This document shows, in pieces, positions 12,236 through 23,997 of a stretch of DNA of 64,000 bases. The notes beneath the pieces were generated by a model, which saw nothing but the letters and a program-made list of their open reading frames with translations, did not search any database and had not been told where the DNA came from. This stretch comes from Octopus vulgaris (Eukaryota). The translations under genes and the position numbers were made by a program. How positions within the stretch are numbered: the first letter of the stretch is position 1; each line of letters opens with the position of its first letter. The stretch spans positions 95,232,001 through 95,296,000 of the forward strand of contig OX597820.1 in the NCBI GenBank assembly GCA_951406725.2. The letters run 5' to 3'.

Positions 12236-12830
12236 ATCATCATCATCATCATTTAACATCCATTTTTTCATGCTGGCATGGGTTGGATGGTTTGGTAGGA
12301 GCTGGCAAGGCCAGGAGTTGCACCAGGTTCTATAGTCTGTTTTGGCTTGGTTTCAACAGCTGGATACCATTCCTAATGCCAACCACTTTACAGAATGCAC
12401 TGGGTGCTCTTTAAGGTGGTTTAGGATATCAACTCTGTTCTATTGTGGTGAACAGGTCATCTTGAGTATAATAATGTGCCATATATCTTGACTCTTTGTC
12501 ATCTTCATAAGAGTCAGCATTTTGAGATTGGCCTTCACTACTTCATCCCATGTCTTCCTGAGTCTCCTTCTTCCACAGTTTCCATCCACTTTAAGTGATT
12601 AGCACTTCTTTATGCAACTGCCCTCATCCATATGCTTCACATGACCAAACCAGTGCAGTCTTCTCTTTTGCACACTGCATCTTATTCGTCTTATGCCAGA
12701 CTTTTCTCTCAATGCACTAACACTCTTTCACACATATACACTGACGTTGTACATCCAGCAGAGATTACTGTCTTTGTTCCTCTCTAGTCTTTGCAAGCCC
12801 TCTGCATTCAGGGCCCATATCTTACTGCCA
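12236..12830 (-). mobile_element. Old RTE LINE 3' end
   Basis: (CAT)n tail plus reverse-strand similarity to LRWFGHV...GRPRKTWDEVVK. Confidence 0.75.
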
Positions 12831-13435
12831 TGTAGCATCGACGATGTTTTGACATTTGTTGTTTTGCTTGTTTCTTTTACGACCAAAAATATTAGACTCA
12901 AATTGGAAATTTGTAGATCTAAGTTCAAACCACCTGCATAACATGAATTTATATTATTAACTGCAAAATCATTGGTAAATTATGAGATAGCTTCTTCCAA
13001 ATATCATTTGCTATCATAATCATAATCTCATGCCAAGAAGTATCAATGTTGTAGATGTTATAATTCTTCCAGAATTCCACTCTTTGTCTAATTCACATCA
13101 TAGCTGAAAGTTTTCCTTTGAGTGTTAGGCCTTAAAACTAGCTGTGGTACTTTGATCAATGGATTGGAAGACAGAGAGACATTGGGGGGCAGGTATATCA
13201 CCAAGATGTTGTTGTGGTAATTGACTAGGAATGATGGGTAACCTAGGGCATTCTCTTGACCAAGCAAGACTGAAGGGCAGATTTTTTTGCAGCAGAAAAA
13301 TGAAAAACCCAATCTTCAAAAATGAATGTTGTCATCCATGCTTTAGTGGTAGATGGCTACACAACAGGAAGTAAATCTTTGAAAACATCTCAAGAACCAC
13401 AAGACTTTCTGAATGATGGAGTAATAAAGGTTTAA

Positions 13436-13640
13436 CCCATTAGTATTTGGATTACTCTGTCAAATGTAAAGTTTATTCACATTGTTTTGAATTAATTATA
13501 CATTATCTCTTATCTTGAAGATTTTGATGATCTGATTGTATATTTTTAGAATGACATTGTAGTGTAGGTGTGAGAGCTTGGATCTGGCTAAAACAAGTAG
13601 AATATTTTGACTGGATATAGCCAGTTAAAAAGCTAAAGGG
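13436..13640. mobile_element. piggyBac-type MITE (opposite orientation to 46572 and 47834)
   Basis: TTAA-CCC...AAAGGG ends; internal sequence shared with the other copies. Confidence 0.7.
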
Positions 13641-13660
13641 TTTGTACCAATAAGAATATA

Positions 13661-14567
13661 TTGGGTCATCCCATAAATAATGCAGTTTTTTTCAACTGGG
13701 TGAACTAAAAGTCGGAGGGAGACAGGATAAACTACCTGCATCAACTTGCTATAAAAGCAGGTAGTAATTTTACCTTGTCCTTATTTTTAGTGCAAGTTTT
13801 GAAGAGTGCAGTTCAATTTTAACAGTTATTTTTTCAAAGCTATAATGGAAATGACAAATGGGCATATTTTGCTTTATGAGTTCAATAAAGGCAACAATGC
13901 AATGAAAAGTGCAAGGAATATTAATGCAGTGTATGGGGATTGGACAATAAGCGTAAGCCAATGTCAGTAGTGGTTCCAGAAATTCCGAGCCAGAAATTAC
14001 AGCTTAGAAGACAATCCTCCATCCTGGAAGATCTATAGAGTTCAACAAGCACATCCTGCAAACCCTGGTGGAACAAATCCCATCATAACTGATGAGGAAC
14101 TAGCAGAGAAGCTTAGATTTGGTCATTTAACCATTCACTGACACCTGCACTAGAAGATAAACGACCATCTTTGGTTTCAAGACAAAAGGTGTTCTTCCAT
14201 GCTTAGCCACATGCAGCAAGGATGACATTCCAAAGGATGGAGCTATTTGAATAGGAAACGATGCCCCACCCACCATATTCGTCAGACATTGCCCCATCTG
14301 ATTTTCATTTATTCCGCAGTCATCAAAATCATTTGGACGGAAAAAGCATGAATTCTGTAGATGAGGTCGGAACAAAACTGGAGGAGTATTTTTCATCATG
14401 GACAAGTGTATTTTGGAAAAGAGGCCTTGCAAGTCTACCAGATAGTTGGAAGAGCATTGTAGAAAATGAAGGAGAGTATATTTTAGATTAAAAAAGACCT
14501 TTGTTTATCTTAATTTTGAAAAATAAAAGAAGTATTAAAAAACAGCATTATTTATGGGATAACCCAA
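13661..14567 (+). mobile_element. Internally deleted mariner transposon
   Basis: TIRs ttgggtcatcccataaataatgc / gcattatttatgggataacccaa, TA on both sides, C-terminal HPPYSSDIAPSDFHLFRS (YSPDLAPSD motif). Confidence 0.95.
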
Positions 14568-14643
14568 TAAGTTTTCCCTTTGTTGCCATAAACCCCTAAC
14601 ATACAAATATTTTTTTTAATACTTTTTTAACATGGAACTGTGT

Positions 14644-14682
<39 letters not shown>

Positions 14683-14837
14683 ATATATATCTGTGGATAG
14701 TAAACATTGTTCTTACATGAAACAGTTAATGTGTCAATGTTAGTATGTCTGTATTGTATGAACAGTGAATGTAGCTCTTTCGTGGAACAGCTAAAGTGTT
14801 TAGTTTGTCTATATAGTATAAACATTAGTATAGTATT

Positions 14838-15070
14838 AAGGCGGCGAGCTGGCAGAAACGTTAGCATGCCGGGCGAAATGTTTAGCTGTATTTCGTCTGA
14901 CGTTACATTCTGAGTTCAAATTCCGCTGAGGTAGACTTTGCCTTTCATCCTTTCGGGGTTGATAAATAAAGTATCTGTTTCGCACCGGGGTCGATGTAAT
15001 CGACTTAATCCCTTTGTCTGTCCTTGTTTGTCCCCTCTATGTTTAGCCCCTTGTGGATAATAAAGAAATA
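14838..15070 (+). mobile_element. tRNA-derived SINE family B
   Basis: Head ggcggcgagctggcagaa, B-box gagttcaaattcc. Degenerate minus copies at 17765-18590. Confidence 0.85.
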
Positions 15071-15621
15071 GGTATGCATGTGTGTATGTATCATGAATAG
15101 GGGATTGGTGGAGTCAATGAAATGGTAGATTATATGCAGTTTCTTAGGTGCATGAATGTGATATTTAGGGTTCAGAAGAGAGAGTAAATAGCAGGTTACG
15201 GAGTTTGTGTGTGTGTGTGAATGACTGAAGATGTGCAGAAAGCAAGTGAAATAAAGTGCAGAGTTGAATGGGTGGAGGGAGCAGTTACAGCTCCATTCAA
15301 AGGATCAGTGTCATCATTAGGGTAACAGTATGGGGGAGGGGCAAACCTTTTGCCCCACCGAATCTGTTGTAGTTAAAAATACAAAAACAAACTAAGAAAG
15401 TTTGTATGGAAGTGGGAAGGGCTTTAAGTGATGTGGGGAAAGAAGCATCTGTGTCTCTGAGGATGATGATATGTGTGAATATATGTATTTCTGTGTGTGG
15501 TGATATGCATTTGTATGTAAGGAGTCATATTGGAGGGGAAGTGTCTGAAACACCTAGGATTATTTCAGTTTTTTTTTTCATTTCATGTATGCATATATAA
15601 ATGTGTACGTGTGTGTGTATG

Positions 15622-15664
<43 letters not shown>

Positions 15665-16068
15665 ATATATATATATATTCTGTGCAGGTGGCACGTAAAA
15701 AGCACCCACTACACTCACGGAGTGGTTGGCGTTAGGAAGGGCATCCAGCCGTAGAAACACTGCCAAATCTGACTGGGCCTGATGAAGCCTTCCGGCTTCA
15801 CAGACCCCAGTTAAACTGTCCAACCCATGCTAGCATGGAAAACGGACGCTAAATGAAGATGATACACGTATGTATGTGTGTGTGTGTATATATATATATG
15901 TATATACATATGTATGTATGTGTGTATATATACATACACACGTGTGCGTATATGTATATATGTATATCATCATCATTTAACATCTGTGTTCCATGCTAGC
16001 ATGGGGGTGGGGCACAGTACCATAAGAGCATATACATTTATATGTATCTGTGTGTATATATATGTGTA

Positions 16069-17620
16069 GACGCAGTTTGGATTCGTGCCAGGGAAAAGCA
16101 CCACTGATGCCATATTTCTGGTGAGACAGCTGCAGGAGAAATACCTAGCCAAAGATAAACCTCTGTACCTGGCTTTTGTCGACATGGAGAAAGCCTTTGA
16201 CAGGGTCCCCCAATCCCTTATCTGGTGGTCAATGAGGAAACTAGGGATAGATGAATGGTTAGTGAGAGCTGTACAAGCCATGTATAGGGACGCTGTTAGT
16301 AAGGTGAGGGTTGGTAACGAGTACAGTGAAGAATTCCGGGTAGAGGTTGGGGTCCACCAAGGTTCAGTCCTCAGCCCCCTCCTATTTATCATAGTCCTCC
16401 AAGCAATAACGGAGGAATTCAAGACAGGTTGCCCCTGGGAGCTCCTCTATGCTGATGACCTTGCTCTAATTGCTGAGTCACTATCAGAACTGGAGGAGAG
16501 GTTTCAGGTGTGGAAGCAAGGATTAGAATCGAAGGGCCTTAGAGTCAACCTAGCTAAAACAAAAGTTCTAATAAGTAGGAAGGTAGACAAATCACAAACA
16601 CCCTGAGGTAGATGGCCCTGCTTGATCTGTAGAAAAGGCGTAGGTAGAAACTCTATAAGATGCACCAAGTGTAAGCTATGGACACATAAGAGGTGCAGCA
16701 ATGTCAAAGGAAGGCTAACTAGGAAGATAGGTTTTGTATGTGGAAGATGCTCGGGAGCAATAAACACTGAAAATATGCAGAGACCATCTTCTACCACATT
16801 CCTTGGAGAAAAACTAGAAATAGTTGATATCTTCCGTTACCTAGGTGACCAAATCAGCAGCGGGTGCGGGTGCGCTGAAAATGTAACTGATAGAGTAAGA
16901 ATAGCCTGTGCAAAGTTCAGAGAGCTCTTGCCTCTGCTAGTGACAAAAGGCCTCTCGCTCAGAGTAAAAGGCAGATTGTATGACGCATGTGTACGAACAG
17001 CTATGCTACATGGCAGTGAAACATGGGCCGTGACTGCTGAGGATATGCTAAGCTTGCAAGAAATGAAGCCAGTATGCTCCGATGGATGTGTAATGTCAGT
17101 GTTCATACTCGACAGAGTGTAAGTACTTTGAGAGAAAAGTTGGACCTAAGAAGCATCAGTTGTGGTGTGCAAGAGAGACGTTTGTGCTGGTATGGTCATG
17201 TGGCAAGAATGGATGAAGATAGTTGTATGAAAAAGTGCCACACCCTAGCGGTTGAGGGAACCTGTGGAAGAGGTAGACCCAGGAAAACCTGGGACGAGGT
17301 GGTGAAGCACGACCTTCAAACTTTAGGTCTCGCCGAGGAAATGACTAGAGACCGAGACCTTTGGAAGTATGCTGTGCGTGAGAAGACCCAGCAGGGCAAG
17401 TGAGGCCATAATCCCGTGGCCTATACCTGGGATGTAGCCAGCCCACTTATGCATTCCTTTCCTTCTTGGGACACAAAACTCCACTTGTGAAGACCTGTTG
17501 AGGCAAGTGAAAATCAAAATCGTAATCTGTCAACATCAATGGAATTTGTAGTTGTGATACCAGTGCCGGTGGCACATAAGAGAATCATTCGAACATGGCC
17601 GTAGCCAGCGCCGCCCGTCA
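16069..17620 (+). mobile_element. 5'-truncated RTE LINE: RT, PHD finger, C-terminus, 3' UTR (disrupted)
   Basis: FVDMEKAFDRV, GVHQGSVLSPLLF, YADD. TGA at 16604 where the copy at 29160 has TCA. 1-bp deletion near 17049. ORF stop 17403. Confidence 0.95.
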
Positions 17621-18689
17621 TAAAATTGGTGCATTTTACGTGCCACCAGCACGGAAGCCAGTCAAGGCGGCGCTGGCATCGGCCATGATTCGGATGGTGC
17701 TTTTTACGTGCCACCGGCACGGAAGCCAGTCAAGGTGGCGCTGGCATCGGCCAGGCGGCGCTATCCCTAAAAATGAAAGGCAAAGTTAATTCTGGCTGAA
17801 TTTGATTTTAAAGTTTAAAGAGCCAAAAGAAATACTGCTAAGCTGTATATTGCACTAATAATTCTGCCAGCTCACTGTCTTAATAATAACGATCATCCTT
17901 TTTATTATAAGCAAAAGGCTTGAAATTTTAGGGAACAGGGTTAGTCAATTATATTGAATCCAGTGCTCAGCTGGTACTTGTTTCATCAAACCTGAAAGGA
18001 TGAAGTGCAAAGTTGACCTTAGTGGAATTTGAACTCAGCACAATAATAACAATACTAATTCTTTCTACTATATAGGCTCAAGGCCTGAATAATAATAATA
18101 ATGAAGATGGAGATGATGATGCTGATAAGGATGAAAGGCAAAGTTGACCTTGGTGGGATATGAACTCAGAACACAGTGCCAGATGAAATACTGCTAAGCA
18201 TTTCATCCAGTGTGCTAATGATTCTGCCAGCTCACTTCCTTAATAATAATAATAATCAAACCCGTGAGTGTGTTAAATTAATAAGGCACTAAAAGAGAAT
18301 GATTCTCCCAGAAACAATCACGAATTCAAATATAGAATCTTGCAAACCAGAAACGAAATAATAATAATGATAATAATAATAATAATAATAATAATAATTG
18401 TTTCTAATTTAGGCACAAGGCCAAAAAATTTGAGAAGAAGGTGTTAATTAATACCATCAACCCCCAGTACTTGACTGGTATATTATTTTACCAGCCCTGG
18501 AGAGATGAAAGTCAAAGTTGACATCAGCAAGATTTTGAACTCTTAAGACAAAAGCCTGTAACTAGATATTACATAGTATTTTGTCTGACACACTTGACCA
18601 TTGCAGACAATATACACAATGTATAATGTTATGCAAAAGATTACAAAGCATGGGGATGTGTGTGTGTGTGTGGTTTGGGCAGTGAGTAT

Positions 18690-18812
18690 GATGTCATCTG
18701 CAAGTCAAAGGTAGTGGCTCGCCATTGATGTTCACACCACCTCCCCAGTCAATATCTCTGATGACTGTTTCTAAACACATAATGAAAAACTTTGAAGACA
18801 TGGTATCTCCTT
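18690..18812 (-). mobile_element. Non-LTR RT fragment of a different RTE-like family
   Basis: QGDTMSSKFFIMCLETVIRDIDWGGGVNINGE then a degenerate ADD. Confidence 0.7.
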
Positions 18813-18826
18813 GAGATAGAGTGAAA

Positions 18827-19683
18827 TGGGCGGAGATTGCCGGAGATTGGCGGAATAGCATTTTGGGATATTTCCCAATAATGCTGGGTGTTAAAACACC
18901 TGGGAGAGAGGGAGATAGGCGTAGATAGAGTGAGATAGGAGGAGACATAGTGAGATAGGTGGAAATAGGCGAAGATTGGTAGATATTGGTTGAGATTGCT
19001 GGAGATAGGCGGAATAGCATTTTGGGAGATATCCCTATAATGCTGGGTGTTAAAACACCTGGAAGAGAGGGAGAGAGTGAGATTGGTGGAGAATGGCGTA
19101 GATGGGTGGTGGAGATTGGTAGAAATTTGCGGAGATAGGCGGAGATTGGCAGAGATACGTGGAGTTAAGCGGAGATAGGTGGAATAGCATTTTGGGAGAT
19201 TTCCCAATAATACTGGATGTTAAAACACCTGGGAGAGAGTGAGAAAAGCAGAGATAGAGTGAGATTGGCAGAGATAGAGTGAGATTGGCGAAGATTGATG
19301 GAGGTAGGCGGAATAGCATTTGGGGAGATTGCCCAATAATGTTGGGTGTTAAAACACCTGGGAGAGAGTGAGATAGGCGGCGATAGAGTGAGATTGGCGG
19401 AGTTTACCGGAGTTTGCCGGAGATTGCCGGAGTTTGCTGGACATTGCCGCTGATTGCCGGAGTTTGCTGGAGATTGCCGGAGTTTTCCGGACATTGCCGG
19501 AGATTGCCGCTGATTGGCCGAGTTTGCTGGAGATTGCCAGAGTTTGCTGGAGATTGTTGGTGATTGCCGGAGTTTACCTGAGTTTGCCGGAGATAGCTGA
19601 ATATTGGTGGAATAGCATTTTGGGAGATTTCCCAATAATGCTGGGTGTGAAAACCCCTGGGAGAGAGTGAGATAGGCGGAGAT
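18827..19683. repeat. Composite tandem array: five ~62 bp double-hairpin cores separated by 10-bp GA-rich units
   Basis: Cores start at 18849, 19008, 19178, 19307, 19606. Spacers built from gagattggcg/gagataggcg/gagtttgccg. Confidence 0.95.
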
Positions 19684-19738
19684 AAAATAAAATAAAATAA
19701 AATGTAAAACTGAAATAATGAAATAAAACGAAAAAAAA

Positions 19739-20484
19739 GGATGTTTTCCTTTTGAACGGCAGACAATTTCTAGTTAACTAAACACTTTAAAACTTCGTAT
19801 ACTGGTAGAATGTGTCAAAATAAAACATTTTTTCTCTTGGCTTTCTTGAGAAAATTGTGATTTGTTTGTTTAACGTACTTTTTCGAATTGTTTAACGTAA
19901 TTTTTCGAATTTTAACCAATCCTATGCTCTCAAAAATCATTTGCTGCCTCTAAAACTGAGACAACATCCTGTAACTAACCCTAAACCTCCCCTAACCCTA
20001 ACCCTTTTTTTTTCTTAATTGTTAAATTAATTTAATTGTTGCGCGTGTAAAAAAAACTAAAGCAATGGAAAATAATTTAAACAATTAACAAACAAAATAA
20101 TTCTATAATTTTATATACACGCTTTCCGTATACGTACGGAAAGCGTGTGTATAAAATTTAGTTTTTTTTACACGCGTAACAATTAAATTAATTTAACAAT
20201 TACGAAAAAAAAATTTAGGGTTAGGGAAGGTTTAGTGTTGTTACAAGATGTTGTCTCAATTTTAGACGCAGCAAATTATTTTAGTTCAATGGAGGTAATC
20301 GATTGGTTAAAATTGCCGAAATGCTCGGATTTTCCGACGAAATATCTTACAAACTATAGAATTTTCTCGATAAAACCAAGACAAAATGACGTTTTATAAA
20401 CACATTCTACCAGTATACGAAGTTTAAAACTTTTTAGTTACCTAGAAATTATGTTACAAACTGCCGTTCAATAGGAAAAGATCC
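19739..20484. mobile_element. Long foldback MITE, Merlin-type
   Basis: GGATgTTTTCC...GGAAAAGATCC termini, arms complementary over most of the length, central palindrome 20107-20158, A-rich imperfect TSD. Confidence 0.85.
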
Positions 20485-20928
20485 GAAAAAGAATAGTTCG
20501 CACGTTGGACAAAAGGCGTTTCTTTCTGCCGGAACAGTAAGTCACGTGAACCTAAATACACCAACGCCGCTTGACAACCGGTGTTGGGTGACAAACATAG
20601 ACAGAGGAACACACACACACAAACATAGGACAAACCTCTTTCGGTTTCTGACGTTCATAAGACTTTGATCGGTCCGAGGCTGCAGTTGAAGACACTTGTC
20701 CAAAGTTCCACGCAGGGGGACTGAACCCGGAACCTTGTAGAATGTGATTATAAAACATCTTTTCCGCAGCCTTGCCGTTTTATTGTGTGTGTATGTGTTC
20801 GTAAGATATTTCGTCTGAAAAACCGAGATGTTGGTTTGTTGACCAATCGATTTCCATTGAACTAAAATGTGGTTCGCTGCAAAGATATCGATAAAACTGA
20901 GACAACATCTTCAAAAAGAAAAAAAAAG

Positions 20929-21225
20929 GGATCTTTTCCTTTTGAACGGCACTTTGTAACATAATTTCTAGTTAACTAAACACTTTTAAACTTCGTATAC
21001 TGGTAGAGTGTGTTTATAAAACATCATTTTTTTTCTTGGCTTTATTGAGAAAATTTTATAGGTTGTAATATATTTCGTCTGAAATTTCGAGCATTTCGGC
21101 AATTTTAACCAATCGCTGGAGTCCATTTAGGTTAACAACATTCCGTGCTGTATGAATATGTCCCTCCTTTAAGAAACAGATTGGGTTTATTTACATTTGT
21201 GAAGAAAAAAATATACCCTTCCCCA
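20929..21225. mobile_element. Single arm of the same foldback MITE family
   Basis: Nearly identical to 22514-22808. Confidence 0.85.
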
Positions 21226-21635
21226 AAGTTCTGGGGTAGATTTGTTCGACTAAAATTATTCAAACCGGTTACCCCAGCATTCTTGCAGTCTAATGACTGC
21301 ATCAAGAAAAGAAAAAAATTAAGTACATCATCTGAAAAGTATTTGTAGAAAATTTCTATTAAAAAATATCAATTTCCCTCAAAGTTATGGCGAAATAAAG
21401 GCGGAGATAGGGCGAAGGACATACTAATGTGGGTAAACCCAAAGGTTAAAGATGTTTGGTTTAGGGAATATCATAACATGCCCGCAGTGCTTTACTTAAA
21501 TTTAAAACTTAGTCCTACTTGTAACTTCTTGTTACAGGTAGGAGTAAGTTTAAATGGCCAGAATGGTTCAGAAGTTCGCTTCGCAACAAAAAACGCCTGG
21601 GATTGGATCTTACTGCGTAACCTCTTAGACAAATA

Positions 21636-21669
<34 letters not shown>

Positions 21670-22045
21670 TTATTTTCTTTATAGTTTTGGGTCTGTCGAT
21701 ACCGTTGTGAACGAAATTGCGTAAACGGAAACTGTATGGGTGGAGTATACTTCTAATTCAAAAATAATAGCTTTGACATACACTCTGTCATGTCAACTCT
21801 TCCTGAGGAGCACATGAAGGGCACATGTGTCTGTGAGATACTCAACCACTTATGCGTTAATTTAATCGCATGTCTGTTGATCGGACAACCAAATCCTCAT
21901 CATTGAACAACCAAGATGACAATTATATTTACAGTTAAAGGGAAATAACTAAGGCAGTTTTTCACCTAAATTATCTCCCTTCCACCAGGCATGAGTAATG
22001 TAATTCGGTAGGTTATATTTTGAAAAAATAAATTACTCGCTCAAA

Positions 22046-22267
22046 TACGACGTAATGCTGAAGAGTTTCCGGCTTTGGGCAAAAGAAAATACAGGAGGAT
22101 CAGTTAATTATGATTTTATTCAACATATTACTCTCTCAGATTCACATACTTATTGCAGCAGTCCTTCAGTTTTTCTAAGCCTTGTAAAAGTACTCGGATG
22201 GTTGGGCTTCCAATCTGGACTTTCGGGATACCCTTAAAGCCAGGAACTTTCCCAGCACCCTCTTGTA
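22046..22267 (-). mobile_element. Mariner-derived MITE
   Basis: TA-bounded imperfect TIRs (tacgacgtaatgctgaagagtttccggcttt / aaagccaggaactttcccagcaccctcttgta) and a transposase tail GLEKLKDCCNKYVNL on the minus strand. Confidence 0.7.
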
Positions 22268-22513
22268 TGGGTAGCTTATTTGATTTAGGGGTGCTAATTT
22301 CGAATCTGTTTCTTGAATTTTCGAATCAAAGTTCTTTTTTTTGCCCCCCTTCTTTCAGACAGCGTTTTCAAATTTTATCAATATAGTTGTATATAAAATG
22401 CATAACATACAATTATATGATATAATAGCCAGAATAGAATAATTTTAGCGTTTGAAGATACGATCTATTCCATTTTCATTTATATACGACATTATGTTTA
22501 TAGTTAAGAAAAG

Positions 22514-23321
22514 AGATCTTTTCCTTTTGAACGGCACATGTCAACACAATTTCTAGTTAACTAAACACTTTTAAACTTCGTATACTGGTTGAATGTGTTT
22601 ATAAAACATCATTATTTTCTTGGCTTTATTGAGAAAATTCTATAGTTTGTAAGATATTTCGTCTGAAATTTCGAGCATTTCGGCAATTTTAACCAATCGC
22701 TGGAGTCCATTTAGGTAAACAACATTGCGTGCTGTGTGAATATGTCCCTCATTTAAGAAACAGATTGGGTTTATTAACATTTGCGAAGAAAAAAATATAC
22801 CCTTCCCCACCCCCAACCCTGAAATAGATTGAAATGCAATAGATCGATACTAGGGTTATAATTATGGGTGACAATTTCATATGACACCGCTACGGAAAAT
22901 GGGATTTTTTTCTAGCAGTGTCAAATGAAATTGTCACCCATAATTATAACCCTAGTATCGATCTATTGCATTTCAATCTATTTTAGGGTTAGGTTTAGAG
23001 TTATGGCTAGGGTTAGGGTTGGGGGTGGGGGAAGGGTATCTTTTTTCTTCACAAATGTAAATAAACCCAATCTGTTTCTTAAAGGAGGGACATATTCATA
23101 CAGCACGGAATGTTGTTTACCTAAATGGACTCCAGCGATTGGTTAAAATTGCCGAAATGCTCGAAATTTCAAACGAAATATCTTGCAAACTATAGAATTT
23201 TCTCAATAAAGCCAAGAAAAAACTGATGTTTTATAAACACATTCTACCAGTATACGAATTTTAAAAGTGTTTAGTTAACTAGAAATTGTGTTCACATGTG
23301 CTGTTCAAAAGGAAAAGATCC
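22514..23321. mobile_element. Complete foldback MITE with 8-bp TSD, Merlin-type
   Basis: TSD AAGAAAAG at 22506-22513 and 23322-23329. ~380 bp arms, ~20 nt loop, TTAGGG-like tract near 22983-23020. Confidence 0.9.
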
Positions 23322-23599
23322 AAGAAAAGTAGATATATTTTGAAAAAATTTATTAAAAATAAAATAAATCTTTAGCGCAAATGCAGATGTTCCTGCACTA
23401 TTTAGCCACGTAAAAGAAAAGAAAAAAACAGAAAGATGAAAACACAACAGCCACCACTGAAATAATGCACACAGTGTATGCATAACATAACCCAGCCAAC
23501 AAATTTTGTCCATTTTATTTTAATCCAGCGTCCAAAGATGTAGATTAAGCATACGTCCAATGTGTGCTGTTTAATCTTTCTCAAGCAGTTATTATTTAA

Positions 23600-23997
23600 T
23601 AATAATATTAATAATAATAATAATGAAATTATTGTATACAGTGCTCAGGTGCACCACAACTTGTCAGAAAGTGTGTATAAAGTATATGCAGTAATGTACA
23701 AATGTCTGGAAAGCAAACAATGTATGAGTCAGATACATGCTTGTGTGTGTATGGAGGGGAGAAAATCAGGTGTAGCGTTGGCGAATCTCAGAAAGCACGA
23801 AAGTTTTGAAGGATGCAGTGCTCCGACAACTAACGACTGATGCCGGCAATTTGTTCCATGCTTCAGCAACTCTCAGTGTGAAAAAATGTTTCTGAAAGTC
23901 ATGGGAGCTGTGCTGTTTTCTGACTTTGTAAACATGTCCACGGGTGTTAGACAGGTGGAGTTTGAAAAGGTGCTCAGAGTTATTGTTTGTAAGATGG
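23600..23997 (-). mobile_element. CR1/L2-type LINE 3' end, interrupted by the Gypsy element (resumes at 26288)
   Basis: KHFFTLRVAEAWNKLPASVVSCRSTASFK and an (ATT)n tail. Confidence 0.85.

Noticed and set aside
16604-16606. Selenocysteine or readthrough TGA in the RTE ORF
   Set aside because: The paralogous copy at about 29160 has TCA (Ser), and this copy is also frameshifted and truncated.
18827-19683. CRISPR array
   Set aside because: Spacers are degenerate decamer repeats of variable length, not unique sequences. No cas genes; eukaryotic context.
18749-19766. Overlapping minus-strand ORFs with SPANSG repeats
   Set aside because: By-product of a stop-poor decamer array; open in several frames with no splice support.
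22983-23020. Telomere or chromosome-fusion relic
   Set aside because: Short degenerate TTAGGG tract internal to a TSD-flanked MITE.
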